A stretch of 63,025 nt of DNA from Candidatus Omnitrophota bacterium (GTDB lineage: Bacteria > Omnitrophota > Gorgyraeia > DTHP01): NCBI GenBank assembly GCA_023819145.1, contig JAMWCW010000009.1:1-63025 (forward strand), in the 5' to 3' direction. Made by a program: the position numbers and the translations under genes. Positions 26,272-36,487 of the stretch are shown here, in pieces (the stretch's first letter is position 1; every line of letters begins with the position of its first letter). Below the pieces are notes generated by a model, which worked only from the letters and a program-made list of their open reading frames with translations, did no database searches and was not told the origin of the DNA.

Positions 26272-27222
26272 TTATACCTCTGATAAGAACTTAGGATGAG
26301 CAATAAAGTTGTGCTCAGTAATCGCAAGAAAATGATAACCGTGGGTTTTATACCATCCAATTACCTCTTCTAAACTCGCTGTCCCGCCATCTGTTTCTGT
26401 ATGGATATGAATACAGCCCTTCAACCACTCTCCCTTACCAAAATAAGGGAAATAAGTTACCTTGCCATCTTTAGCAAAAATTGGTTGGGTCCATGCTTTT
26501 TTCCTATTTTTCAAATCTTTAATCTCAATGCGAACATATTTATCGTCTGGGCTAAAATAATAGGTTGATTCTTTACCAAAGTTTATCTGGCAAACCTTAT
26601 GCCCATTTCTAATGTATTTAATCTGAGCGGGAGATTTCAAATGTAGATAAATACTAGTTTCTCTATTAATAATCTCCTCGACCAATGGGCCGGTGGTAGA
26701 ATAAAAAGAACCCCGCTTCAATGCCTCTAATATCCCTGTTACATCCATAACTTCTGTTCTCACCATAATCCAAGCCCTCCCTGCATCTCTTTTTAAATCA
26801 TGCATATCGTCAGAAGTAAAACCCCAAATCTTCCTATCAAATTTGCGAACCAAGAGAAAATCCCAGCGACGGGTAGATTCAGGCCAAGGAATTTTATTGG
26901 GATTATATATCTCTATACCCAAATACCCATCTAACCTAAAAAGTTTACGCCGATTGTAGGGCTTGAGTAAATAGCTGGGATGGGAAAGAATAGCTAAACC
27001 ATTTTTAGAATTTATCTGATTAATTATTCCCTGTAGACTCGATTTGATATTTAAGGGGGAATCTAAGTTTAAAGCAACCATGTCATTTCGTGGTAATGTC
27101 ACTTCTACCGAACCAGGAAGGATAATTATTCTTCCGTTAGAATCTTTTTTATCCACAGGCACGGCGGGCAATTTCTTCCTTCCCCAATTAATAAAGAAAA
27201 AGAATGAATTTTTTAAAGACAT
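26272..27222 (-). CDS. PHP-family metal-dependent phosphoesterase with circularly permuted motif order
   Basis: 316 aa. Motifs normally at the N-terminus (WLKGCIHIHTETDGG...HFLAITEHN) sit at the extreme C-terminus. The mid and late motifs (IILPGSVEV, LAILSHPSY, GIEIYN, GFTSDDMHD, ILEALKRGSFYSTTGP) come first. Confidence 0.7.
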   Translation of the reverse strand: MSLKNSFFFFINWGRKKLPAVPVDKKDSNGRIIILPGSVEVTLPRNDMVALNLDSPLNIKSSLQGIINQINSKNGLAILSHPSYLLKPYNRRKLFRLDGYLGIEIYNPNKIPWPESTRRWDFLLVRKFDRKIWGFTSDDMHDLKRDAGRAWIMVRTEVMDVTGILEALKRGSFYSTTGPLVEEIINRETSIYLHLKSPAQIKYIRNGHKVCQINFGKESTYYFSPDDKYVRIEIKDLKNRKKAWTQPIFAKDGKVTYFPYFGKGEWLKGCIHIHTETDGGTASLEEVIGWYKTHGYHFLAITEHNFIAHPKFLSEV

Positions 27223-27224
27223 TT

Positions 27225-28469
27225 TTAGACAAATTTTCTTACCAGGAGAGTGGCATTGTGTCCACCAAATCCTAACGAATTAGACAAAGCAACTGTAACA
27301 CTTTTCTGCCGTGCAACATTAGGAACGTAATCAAGGTCGCATTCGGGGTCAGAAAATTCATAATTTATGGTAGGAGGAATTATGCCATATTTTATAGTCA
27401 ATACTGTAGCAATTAGTTCTACCGCTCCCGCAGCTCCTAATAAATGTCCAGTCATCGATTTGGTAGAACTTATGGGAATTTTCTTAGCATATTCTCCGAA
27501 TACAAGTTTTATCGCTAAGGTCTCTACCTTGTCATTCAACTGAGTAGAAGTGCCATGAGCATTTATATAATCAATTTCCTGGGGTGAAAAACCAGCATCT
27601 TCAATTGCCATGTTCATTGCCCGAGCAGCACCTTGACCGTCGGGATCGGGGGCGGTAATGTGATAAGCGTCATCGCTGGAACCATAACCTACAATCTCTG
27701 CATAGATATTTGCGTTGCGCCTGAGCGCATGTTGTAACTCCTCGAGCACCAAAACACCCGCTCCTTCACCCATAACAAAACCTTCCCTTTTGGCATCAAA
27801 TGGTCGTGAAGCTTTTTCCGGTTGGTCATTATAATGTGTAGCCAATGCCTTAAGAGCACAAAAACCACCTATGCCTAAAACAGTAATGCAACTTTCTGTC
27901 CCTCCACTTAAAATCACATCCGCCTGTCCGCGTTGGATGGTTTTAAAAGCTTCACCTATAGCATGAGCAGAGGAAGCACAGGCAGTAACCACGCAATAAT
28001 TTGGCCCCTTTAATCCCAAAGATATAGCCACTTGGCCAGGAGCCATATTAACAATCATCATAGGAATCATAAAAGGGGAAAGACGTGAAGGCCCTTTCTC
28101 CAAGAGTATCTTATGCTGTTGTTCTACGGTATGAAGCCCTCCGATACCTGAACCAATCACTACCCCTATACGAAAAGGATCTTCTTTAGAAATGTCCAAT
28201 GCTGCATCCTTGACTGCTTCCTTCGCTGTCACTAGTGCAAATTGAACAAATCTTTCCATCCTTTTGACTTCCTTGGGACTAATGTGTTCTCCGGGAGAGA
28301 AATTTTTTACTTCACCTGCAATCTGGCAATCAAAAGGAGAACTATCAAAACTGGTAATTTTCCCTATCCCACTTACTCCGTTTTTTAAAGAACACCAGTA
28401 ATCTCCAAGAGTGGAACCCAAAGGAGAAATTATGCCCATCCCTGTAATCACTACCCGACGTTTTTCCAT
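27225..28469 (-). CDS. fabF: 3-oxoacyl-ACP synthase II
   Basis: [12 protein letters not shown] (active-site Cys), HGTSTQLND and GHLLGAAG motifs; 414 aa. Confidence 0.95.
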   Translation of the reverse strand: MEKRRVVITGMGIISPLGSTLGDYWCSLKNGVSGIGKITSFDSSPFDCQIAGEVKNFSPGEHISPKEVKRMERFVQFALVTAKEAVKDAALDISKEDPFRIGVVIGSGIGGLHTVEQQHKILLEKGPSRLSPFMIPMMIVNMAPGQVAISLGLKGPNYCVVTACASSAHAIGEAFKTIQRGQADVILSGGTESCITVLGIGGFCALKALATHYNDQPEKASRPFDAKREGFVMGEGAGVLVLEELQHALRRNANIYAEIVGYGSSDDAYHITAPDPDGQGAARAMNMAIEDAGFSPQEIDYINAHGTSTQLNDKVETLAIKLVFGEYAKKIPISSTKSMTGHLLGAAGAVELIATVLTIKYGIIPPTINYEFSDPECDLDYVPNVARQKSVTVALSNSLGFGGHNATLLVRKFV

Positions 28470-28477
28470 CGCTATAT

Positions 28478-28511
28478 CCTTTAAGAATAAACCCGCCTTT
28501 TGCCGGCGGGT
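28478..28511 (-). terminator. Hairpin + T-tract between acpP and fabF (terminator/attenuator)
   Basis: The minus strand reads ACCCGCC-GGCAAAA-GGCGGGT followed by TTTATTCTT. It sits in the acpP-fabF spacer, where partial termination is known in E. coli. Confidence 0.5.
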
Positions 28512-28542
28512 CTTATGGATAAGTTATATTTAAGAAATACCC

Positions 28543-28785
28543 CTATTTTTTGGGTTGAATCTTGCCTTCGATATACTTAATAGCATCGCCAACAGTGCGA
28601 ATTTTTTCCGCATCTTCGTCCGAAATCTCTATGCCAAATTCCTCTTCTAAAGCCATTACCAATTCTACAGTATCCAGAGAATCCGCACCTAAATCATCAA
28701 TAAAAGAAGAGGTTTCTTTTATTTCCTCTTTTTTAATACCCAACTGCTCTGCCACAATAGACTTAACCTTTTCTACAATTTCCAT
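28543..28785 (-). CDS. acpP: Acyl carrier protein
   Basis: [20 protein letters not shown] phosphopantetheine-attachment motif; 80 aa. Confidence 0.95.
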   Translation of the reverse strand: MEIVEKVKSIVAEQLGIKKEEIKETSSFIDDLGADSLDTVELVMALEEEFGIEISDEDAEKIRTVGDAIKYIEGKIQPKK

Positions 28786-28816
28786 CTTCTTTACCTCCCT
28801 TCTTTTGCACCGCGAT

Positions 28817-29554
28817 TTAAATCATACCTCCATCCACTACAATTACCTGACCTGTAATATAACTTGCAGATTCAGAAGCAAGAAACAAGGCAACTTCGGC
28901 TATGTCGCGGGGAGCCCCAAATCTACCTAAAGGTATTTTTTCCAACATTTTTTCTTTTATATCTTGAGGAAGTCTATCAGTCATCTCTGTTTGAATAAAT
29001 CCGGGGGCAATCGCATTGACTGTAATCCCCCGCGAAGCCAACTCTTTTGCTACCGACTTTGTAAATCCAATTATACCCGCTTTAGAAGCAGAATAATTTG
29101 CCTGTCCTGCATTACCAATAAGACCAATAATCGAGGAAATATTTATAATTCTCCCTTCTTTTTGCTTAAGCATGACCTTTGCTACTGCTTTGGTGCAATT
29201 GAAAACGCTTTTTAAATTTACCTCAATAACCTTATCCCAATCTGCCTCATCCATTCTTAGAATTAATCCATCGCGGGTTATCCCCGCATTGTTAATTAGT
29301 ATATCTATTCGCTGGGAGTTGTCAAGAACATTCCCCACCATTTTTTCTATATCTTCTCTACTACTCACATCCACTTTGAAAGTGCTGACGCATTTATCAA
29401 AGTTAAGGATCTCCGCTTTTGCCCTCCCTAACTCCTCCTCATTTATGTCACAGATAACTAACTTTGCTCCTTCTTGGGCAAATCGCAAAGCAATCTCTTT
29501 TCCAATTCCACGGGCTCCACCCGTTACAATTGTTACTTTATCCTTCAATAACAT
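28817..29554 (-). CDS. fabG: 3-oxoacyl-ACP reductase
   Basis: SDR motifs [16 protein letters not shown] and YSASKAG, in fab operon context. Confidence 0.95.
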   Translation of the reverse strand: MLLKDKVTIVTGGARGIGKEIALRFAQEGAKLVICDINEEELGRAKAEILNFDKCVSTFKVDVSSREDIEKMVGNVLDNSQRIDILINNAGITRDGLILRMDEADWDKVIEVNLKSVFNCTKAVAKVMLKQKEGRIINISSIIGLIGNAGQANYSASKAGIIGFTKSVAKELASRGITVNAIAPGFIQTEMTDRLPQDIKEKMLEKIPLGRFGAPRDIAEVALFLASESASYITGQVIVVDGGMI

Positions 29555-29620
29555 CTTCTTTTCCCTAATTTTAAGGCTGAATAATTATATAAGAAAAAAA
29601 TATTTTCTGTCAAGTTTATT

Positions 29621-30559
29621 TCAAGCTATTGTTACTTTTTCCATAAATACTTTTATATCCTGAGTGGTCTCGATATTGTAAACCTCTAATGCATTATCAA
29701 TTCTGCGAATTAGCCCCGAAAGCACCTTCCCTGGACCAATTTCTAAGAATGTAGTAACTCCATAATCAACCATAAACTTCACTGATTCCTCCCAGCGGGT
29801 AGCATGATTTATTTGATTAACTAAATTAGTTTGGATTTCACGTGGTTCTTTCTCAAGATAAGCAGTTACATTACTTACCACGGGTATATGGGGCTTTTTT
29901 ATATCTATACGATTCAATTCCGATAAAAGTTTCTTACCGGCAGGAGACATTAAAGAAGAATGAAAAGGTCCGCTTACTTCTAAATAAACTGCTCTGCGAG
30001 CTCCTTTATCTTTCGCAAGTGCTACTGCTCCTTCAAGTGCTTTTAGGGAACCAGAAATAACAATCTGCCCCGGACAATTAAGATTGGCAATCTCTGCCCT
30101 TGACTCATTACAAATCATCTCTACCGTTTCATAATCCAAACCTAACAAAGAAACCATCCCTCCGGGATTAATCTGAGAAGCCTCCTCCATAAATTCTCCT
30201 CTTTTATATACCAACTTAACCGCATCTTCAAAATCAATTGCCTCTGCAGCTACGAGCGCAGAATACTCTCCCAAGCTCAAACCCGCAGTTATCTGGGGAG
30301 AAATAGAGGGAATAGCCAATTTCAAAGCATTAAGAGTAGCAATAGAGACTACCAAAATGGCTGGCTGAGCGATGGAAGTTGATGTGAGTCTTTCAAGAGG
30401 TCCCTCAAAACACAACTGTCTCAAATTCAATTTAAGAACCTCCTCTGCTTTCTCAAACAAAAACCTTACTTCACTGAAATTTTCATAAATGTCCTTGCCC
30501 ATTCCTACATATTGTGCTCCCTGTCCAGGAAAGACAAAGGCAATTTTCTTCTTGTTCAT
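29621..30559 (-). CDS. fabD: Malonyl-CoA-ACP transacylase
   Basis: FPGQGAQYVGMG and GLSLGEYSA motifs. Confidence 0.95.
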   Translation of the reverse strand: MNKKKIAFVFPGQGAQYVGMGKDIYENFSEVRFLFEKAEEVLKLNLRQLCFEGPLERLTSTSIAQPAILVVSIATLNALKLAIPSISPQITAGLSLGEYSALVAAEAIDFEDAVKLVYKRGEFMEEASQINPGGMVSLLGLDYETVEMICNESRAEIANLNCPGQIVISGSLKALEGAVALAKDKGARRAVYLEVSGPFHSSLMSPAGKKLLSELNRIDIKKPHIPVVSNVTAYLEKEPREIQTNLVNQINHATRWEESVKFMVDYGVTTFLEIGPGKVLSGLIRRIDNALEVYNIETTQDIKVFMEKVTIA

Positions 30560-30593
30560 TTTAATCCTCTAAAATAATAAATCGATAAAAGAC

Positions 30594-31586
30594 TTAAGCC
30601 CATTCAATTACGGTTGCTCCCCAAGTTAGTCCGCTACCGAAAGCCACCAACACAATTATATTGCCTTTTTTGGGCTTCTTGAATTTCACTGTCTCATATA
30701 GAGCCACTGCAGTAGAGGCGGAAGACATATTACCGTATTTTTCAATATTTAAATAAATCTTATCCATAGAAATTCCTATTTTTTTTGCTACTGCTTGTAA
30801 AATACGAATATTTGCCTGGTGGGGAATGAGATAAGTAACATCTTTACAGTCAAGACCTGCTTGAGCAAGCGCTTTTTCCGCAGCATCTGCCATTAATTTC
30901 ACGGCATGTTTAAACAACTCTGATCCCTCCATCTTTAAAAAATGCAGTCTCTTCTCTACAGTAGAAAATGAAGCAGGCATTCTTGAACCACCAGCAGGTA
31001 TCTGAAGTAAATCAACCTGATTACCATCTGTTCCTAAATATGTAGAAATTATTCCACCTTTATCAACTTTTCTTAATACACACGCACCTGCACCATCTCC
31101 AAACAAAACACAGGTACTTCTATCTGTCCAATCAGTAATTGCAGAAAGTTTTTCTGCACCAATAACTAAAGCGTTTCTATAGGTACCATTCTTAAGAAAT
31201 TGCTCTGCCATATTTATGGCATAGATGTAACCCGTACAGGCAGCAGAAATGTCAAAACAGACTGCATTGAAGGCTTTTATTTTGCGTTGAATAAAACAAG
31301 CGGTGGAAGGGAAAAACATGTCCGGTGTAATTGTAGCACAAATAATGAGTTCTATTTCCTGCGGACTTAAGCCCGCATCTTTCAAAGCTTCCTCTGCAGC
31401 ACGAGCTCCTAAATCTGAAGTGGCGTCTTCGGGAGAAGAAATTCTTCTTTCTTTTATTCCTGTTCTGGTAATTATCCAATCATCGGTAGTATCTACCATT
31501 TTCTCCAAATCCTGATTGGTAAGAACTTTCTCCGGCAAATACGCACCGACTCCTACAATGCCTACAGCATTATTACACATCACCAT
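30594..31586 (-). CDS. fabH: 3-oxoacyl-ACP synthase III
   Basis: AACTGYIYA, HQANIRI and GNMSSAS motifs. Confidence 0.95.
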   Translation of the reverse strand: MVMCNNAVGIVGVGAYLPEKVLTNQDLEKMVDTTDDWIITRTGIKERRISSPEDATSDLGARAAEEALKDAGLSPQEIELIICATITPDMFFPSTACFIQRKIKAFNAVCFDISAACTGYIYAINMAEQFLKNGTYRNALVIGAEKLSAITDWTDRSTCVLFGDGAGACVLRKVDKGGIISTYLGTDGNQVDLLQIPAGGSRMPASFSTVEKRLHFLKMEGSELFKHAVKLMADAAEKALAQAGLDCKDVTYLIPHQANIRILQAVAKKIGISMDKIYLNIEKYGNMSSASTAVALYETVKFKKPKKGNIIVLVAFGSGLTWGATVIEWA

Positions 31587-32590
31587 GCTCCTAACTTTTC
31601 TATTCCCTCTTGAATGTGTATCCTAACATTATTCTTTACAGAACAAACAGCAAACTTAATGGCATTCTTTATTGCACGGTAAGAAGAAGCACCGTGGCAA
31701 ATGATACAGACTCCGTTTACTCCCAAAAGAGGAGCACCGCCGTATTCCGCATAGTCTATCTCCTTCTTCAAATTCCTAAATGTGCTTTTTAAAAACAAGG
31801 CACCAATTCTCGCAAGACCACTTCTCTTGATATGTCTTCTTAAAAATTCTATCAGAGCATAGGCAAGACTCTCGGATATCTTCAAAGCAACATTACCCAC
31901 AAAGCCATCACAAACAATTACATCTGTCTTTCCTTTAAATATATCTCCTCCTTCTACATTACCAATAAAATTCAACCCACTCTTTAAAAGTAATTGATGG
32001 GTTTCTTTAACAAAATCGGTTCCTTTCGTATCTTCTTCACCAACATTAAGCAATCCCACCCGAGGTTTATCTATGTTAAAAAGATACCTTGCATATACCG
32101 CCCCCATAATTGCATATTGATAAAGATGCATAGGCTTGGGATTAATATTTGCACCTGCATCAATCAGAATACAAACTCCTTCTAATGTAGGAAAAACTAT
32201 AGCAATACCCGGACGTTCTATACCCGGGATAAGACCCCATTCAAGTGTAGTAGCACAAACTACTGCTCCCGTGTTGCCTGCGGAAATAAAACAATCCGCC
32301 TTACCTTCCTTCACCAATCCCACCCCTACCATGATGGAAGATTCTCTTTTTCTCCGCACACTTACCGCAGGATAATCCTCCATCCCAATTACTTCAGAAG
32401 CGTGTTTAATAATTATCCTCTGAGGATAACGCAATCTATGCCTAGCTAATTCCTTTCTTAAAATTTCTTCATCACCTACAAGCACCACTTCTCCATAACC
32501 CTCATTCACCGCAAGAATCGCTCCCTCAACCTCTACATGAGGAGCGTGGTCTGAACCCATAGCATCTACCGCGATGCGAAAATTGCTCAT
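31580..32590 (-). CDS. plsX: Phosphate acyltransferase
   Basis: RIAVDAMGSDHAP motif. I placed the start at ATG 32590, immediately after the rpmF stop at 32592-32594. Confidence 0.95.
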   Translation of the reverse strand: MSNFRIAVDAMGSDHAPHVEVEGAILAVNEGYGEVVLVGDEEILRKELARHRLRYPQRIIIKHASEVIGMEDYPAVSVRRKRESSIMVGVGLVKEGKADCFISAGNTGAVVCATTLEWGLIPGIERPGIAIVFPTLEGVCILIDAGANINPKPMHLYQYAIMGAVYARYLFNIDKPRVGLLNVGEEDTKGTDFVKETHQLLLKSGLNFIGNVEGGDIFKGKTDVIVCDGFVGNVALKISESLAYALIEFLRRHIKRSGLARIGALFLKSTFRNLKKEIDYAEYGGAPLLGVNGVCIICHGASSYRAIKNAIKFAVCSVKNNVRIHIQEGIEKLGAW

Positions 32591-32591
32591 T

Positions 32592-32783
32592 TTACTCCTT
32601 TTCCTCTTTCTCGAGCACAATCACTTGCCTCTTTCGGTAATATCCACAAAAGGGACATACACGATGAGGTAATTTCATCTTACCGCATTCAGGACAGGCA
32701 ATCAGACTGGGAATATTGATTTTCCAATGAGTACGCCTTTTGTCTCTTCTTGACTTAGAAAATTTTCTCTTGGGTAATGCCAT
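32592..32783 (-). CDS. rpmF: 50S ribosomal protein L32
   Basis: MALPKRKFSKSRRDKRRTHWK plus the zinc knuckle CPECG...CPFCG. Confidence 0.95.
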   Translation of the reverse strand: MALPKRKFSKSRRDKRRTHWKINIPSLIACPECGKMKLPHRVCPFCGYYRKRQVIVLEKEEKE

Positions 32784-32850
32784 CTTCTCTCCTCCCTTCT
32801 ATTATGTAGTATGGAAACAGTAACTGCACTTAACTAAACTATAAAAAAGA

Positions 32851-33261
32851 TTAACTCCTTTTACAATTACATTTACCTTTATTCAGGTTTCCTCCGCATC
32901 GGGGACACAAGCCCAAACATTCGGGCTTACATAAAGGCTTTAGAGGATAATCAAGAATAATTTCCTGTCTTATGTCATCGGTAGTATCCACAATGTCGGT
33001 ATTCTTAACTGTGTATTCAAAACTATACTCTTTTTCAAGAAGAAATTCTGAAGCATCGAGACATCTTGCGCAAACAACTTCTAGAAATACCCTCACTTTT
33101 GCCTTCACAAATAATTCGTGCCCCTCTTTATAAAGATGATAATCCACCTCAAAAGGCTTATTTACTTTTATATCAAATCGGTCTAAGTCCAGAACCTCGG
33201 GTAAATATATCTCTTTGCAGACCTCTCCCTCATAAGGAATGCTACTTACTTTTATTTTCAT
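32851..33261 (-). CDS. yceD: YceD/DUF177 family protein
   Basis: It occupies the conserved position upstream of rpmF-plsX. The C-terminal Cys cluster is CKPECLGLCPRCGGNLNKGKCNC. Confidence 0.85.
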   Translation of the reverse strand: MKIKVSSIPYEGEVCKEIYLPEVLDLDRFDIKVNKPFEVDYHLYKEGHELFVKAKVRVFLEVVCARCLDASEFLLEKEYSFEYTVKNTDIVDTTDDIRQEIILDYPLKPLCKPECLGLCPRCGGNLNKGKCNCKRS

Positions 33262-34396
33262 TATTTTTTAACAAAAAATAAGACTGTCGTGCAATAAGGT
33301 GTTCTTCATTGGTATGAATAACTAAAACCTTCGTCCTTGTTACTTTAAGAAGAAAATCTAATCCCTTACAAATTGCTCTACGGATTTCCTTTTGATTTTC
33401 TCCTATACCAGCGGTAAACACAAGAGCATCCAACCCCCCCATAATTCCTGCATATGCTCCAATATATTTTTGTACACGATAGACAAAAACATCTCTGGCT
33501 AATTTTGCCCTCGGATTTTTTTTCTTTACCGCCTTATTTATATCCCTCATATCGTTACTTATGCCCGATAAACCAAGTAATCCACTTTTTTTATTAAGCA
33601 TCTCATCTATTTTTTCTAAACTGTACCCCTTTTTTAAAAGAAAAAGAATGATCGAGGGGTCAAAATCTCCCGGACGCGTTCCCATGACCAATCCTTCTAA
33701 AGGAGTAAACCCCATGCTTGTATCGATAGATTTTCCTCCTTTAACCGCAGTGATACTACATCCATTACCTAAATGGCAAGTAATTATTTTTAAACCCTTT
33801 AAAGGTTTCTTAAGAATTTTTGCTGCTTCTTCTGCCACATATTGATGACTTGTCCCATGAAATCCATATTTTCTTATTCCAAACCGTTCGTATAAATTGT
33901 AAGGCAACCCATAGAAAAACGCCTGTTTGGGCATTGTAGAATGAAAAGCTGTATCAAAAACCGCTATCTGAGGGATACCCTTCAAATGTTCAAAACAAAC
34001 CTTAATAACCAAAACAGCGGGAGGATTATGTAAAGGTGCAAGTATACTATATTCCTCTATTTTAAGCAATCTTTTTCGGTCAATAACGCAAGGTTGACGA
34101 AATGCTTCTCCTCCGTGGACCACACGATGGGCCACAGCAGTTATCTCTTTAAGGTCTTTTAACACCCCTTTCTTTCTATCCAAAAGCAGAGAGAAAATAA
34201 AATTAATTCCTGCTCGATGGTGAGGAATTTTTAATTTCTTAAGAAAAACACTTCTTCCACTAACCTGATGTTTTATAAAAGAAAAATTTTCTCCAATCCT
34301 TTCTAAAACGCCTCTTAAAAGACGGGTTTCCTGGGGCATCTGGAATAAAGAATATTTGATAGAAGAACTTCCGGCATTAATTACTAATATTAACAT
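33242..34396 (-). CDS. ackA: Acetate kinase
   Basis: LVINAGSSSIKYSLF, HRVVHGG and GFHGTSH motifs. Confidence 0.95.
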   Translation of the reverse strand: MLILVINAGSSSIKYSLFQMPQETRLLRGVLERIGENFSFIKHQVSGRSVFLKKLKIPHHRAGINFIFSLLLDRKKGVLKDLKEITAVAHRVVHGGEAFRQPCVIDRKRLLKIEEYSILAPLHNPPAVLVIKVCFEHLKGIPQIAVFDTAFHSTMPKQAFFYGLPYNLYERFGIRKYGFHGTSHQYVAEEAAKILKKPLKGLKIITCHLGNGCSITAVKGGKSIDTSMGFTPLEGLVMGTRPGDFDPSIILFLLKKGYSLEKIDEMLNKKSGLLGLSGISNDMRDINKAVKKKNPRAKLARDVFVYRVQKYIGAYAGIMGGLDALVFTAGIGENQKEIRRAICKGLDFLLKVTRTKVLVIHTNEEHLIARQSYFLLKNNENKSK

Positions 34397-34425
34397 ATCT
34401 TATATGCTTAATCTGATTGTTTAAT

Positions 34426-35442
34426 TTAATGCGTACAAATTTTGGATTTCTGGGCACGCACGGCAGTCACTGCTACCGCATCTATGATATCATCAACATC
34501 ACAACCCCTTGAGAGGTCACTGGCGGGACTTTCTAAACCTAAAAAGAGGGGGCCAACTGCTTTCGCCTTTGCCATTCTCTGAACGAGTTTATATCCACAA
34601 TTGCCTGCTTCAAGATTGGGAAAGATTAAAACATTAGCATAGCCTGCTACAGGACTATGAGGAAATTTTATCTTTGCCACCTCTGGAACAATAGCAGCAT
34701 CAACCTGCAATTCCCCATCAATTAATAAATCGGGACGCCTTCTTTTAACTATCTCTAAAGCATTGACAATTTTATCAATATTTTCCCCTTTACTTGAACC
34801 TTTAGTAGAATAACTTAAGAGAGCAACTTTTGGTAATATTTCTAAAACATCCTTTGTAAAATCCGCGGTTTCGATAGCAATCTCTGCAAGTTGCTCATCA
34901 TCAGGTTCAGGGACTACTCCACAATCAGCAAAAACAAATAACCCCTTTTCTCCATATGTACAATCGGGCACTACCATAATGAAAACACCCATAACCGTAG
35001 AAACTCCTTCTTTCTTCTTTATGCAATGGATAGCTGCTCGTGCAACATCGGAAGTAGATAAACTTGCTCCCGCCACAAAACCATCTGCCTCTTTTGCTCC
35101 CACCATTAAACTGGCGATAAATACAGGATTTCCTTTTACAATTTTTCTTGCTACCTCTAAACTTATACCTTTTGCTTTACGTAGTTCAAAATACAGAGAA
35201 GCATATTTTTTAATTATGTCCCCATTGTTTAAATCGATAATCTTTATGCAATCTGAGGCAGCTTCCTCTTTAAACAACTTATGCAACTCTCCTTTTTTAT
35301 CAAAAATAAATACTTTGGCAATTTTCTCCCTTACGATAAAACTTACCGCTTCCTGAACCCTTTTATCTTCTCCTTCAGGAAGAACAATTGTTTTAGAATC
35401 GCGTTTTGCCTTTTCTCTTAAAATTGATAATACATCACCCAT
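34426..35442 (-). CDS. pta: Phosphate acetyltransferase (short PTA_PTB form)
   Basis: IVLPEGEDKRV...ANVLIFPNLEAGNCGYKL...GPLFLGLESPASDLSRG. The start at ATG 35442 overlaps the coaD stop. Confidence 0.9.
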   Translation of the reverse strand: MGDVLSILREKAKRDSKTIVLPEGEDKRVQEAVSFIVREKIAKVFIFDKKGELHKLFKEEAASDCIKIIDLNNGDIIKKYASLYFELRKAKGISLEVARKIVKGNPVFIASLMVGAKEADGFVAGASLSTSDVARAAIHCIKKKEGVSTVMGVFIMVVPDCTYGEKGLFVFADCGVVPEPDDEQLAEIAIETADFTKDVLEILPKVALLSYSTKGSSKGENIDKIVNALEIVKRRRPDLLIDGELQVDAAIVPEVAKIKFPHSPVAGYANVLIFPNLEAGNCGYKLVQRMAKAKAVGPLFLGLESPASDLSRGCDVDDIIDAVAVTAVRAQKSKICTH

Positions 35443-35929
35443 GACATTTACCAAAAAATTTCTTCCGTAAAGCCTTCTCGACAAAAGAAGGAACAAAATA
35501 AGAAAGGTCTGCTCCTAAAGCCCCCGCTTCTTTTATCAGTTTTGAAGACAAATAAGAATACGCTTCATTGGGCATCATAAAAATTGTCTCTATAAAAGGG
35601 GCAAGCTTTCTGTTAGTAAGTGCCATTTGAAACTCATACTCAAAATCTGAAATCATCCTTAAGCCACGAATAATTATCTTTGCTTTCTTTTTTTTCAAAT
35701 AATCTACCACCAAACCATTAAAAGTATCCACTTCCACTCCCTGCACATCTCTCACTGCTTTTTTTACCAGATTCACCCTTTCCTTCCAGGAAAAAAGTGT
35801 TTCTTTACTAGGATTTTTTGCCACTGCTATGATGACCTTGTTAAATAAAGAGTTAGCTCGTTTGATTATATCAATATGCCCGTAGGTAATGGGGTCAAAT
35901 GTTCCTGGATATATAGCTATCTGTATCAT
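35435..35929 (-). CDS. coaD: Phosphopantetheine adenylyltransferase
   Basis: AIYPGTFDPITYGHIDII motif; 164 aa. Confidence 0.95.
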   Translation of the reverse strand: MIQIAIYPGTFDPITYGHIDIIKRANSLFNKVIIAVAKNPSKETLFSWKERVNLVKKAVRDVQGVEVDTFNGLVVDYLKKKKAKIIIRGLRMISDFEYEFQMALTNRKLAPFIETIFMMPNEAYSYLSSKLIKEAGALGADLSYFVPSFVEKALRKKFFGKCHG

Positions 35930-36480
35930 TTATCTTTCAATTTAAGAAAAGAAACAAACACCTCACCATATCTTCTCTGTTTTAAGAGAAATAAGTTCCC
36001 TAATTCACCCAATTTTTCCTCCCCATGGTGCTCTACTACAATTAATGCTTCAGGTTCTAATAATATACTACTTTCTGAAATTTTTTTCAAGATTAAACTC
36101 ACTAAACCTTTCTTGTAAGGAGGGTCAAGAATAATTAAATTAAACCTTTCTTCATGGCAAGAGAAATAATCTATAGCTCTAAAACAATCTATTCGCATAA
36201 CTTTTGTCTTTGGTTTGATTTCTGGCGGAATATTTCTCTTGACCACTTCAATACATTCTTTATCATTATCTACAAAAGTAACGCTACTTGCTCCTCGAGA
36301 AATCGCCTCCAACCCCAAAGCTCCTGAACCGGCAAACAATTCCAGAACTACCGCTCTTTCCACAAATTCACCTAAAACATCAAAAATTGCCTTACGCACC
36401 TTCTCTTCAGTTAAACGTAAATTTTTTAACTTGGGAGAAATTAACTTTTTACCTTTTAGTATGCCAGTGGTTATGCGCAT
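35926..36480 (-). CDS. rsmD: 16S rRNA (guanine966-N2)-methyltransferase
   Basis: LELFAGSGALGLEAISRGA and IILDPPY motifs. It is paired with coaD, as in many bacteria. Confidence 0.9.
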   Translation of the reverse strand: MRITTGILKGKKLISPKLKNLRLTEEKVRKAIFDVLGEFVERAVVLELFAGSGALGLEAISRGASSVTFVDNDKECIEVVKRNIPPEIKPKTKVMRIDCFRAIDYFSCHEERFNLIILDPPYKKGLVSLILKKISESSILLEPEALIVVEHHGEEKLGELGNLFLLKQRRYGEVFVSFLKLKDK

Positions 36481-36487
36481 ATTATTC

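Noticed and set aside
31252-31479. Same-strand alternative-frame ORFs inside fabH (31252-31479) and the permease (42323-42559)
   Set aside because: They are embedded out of frame in genes with clear family motifs, and nothing supports dual coding.
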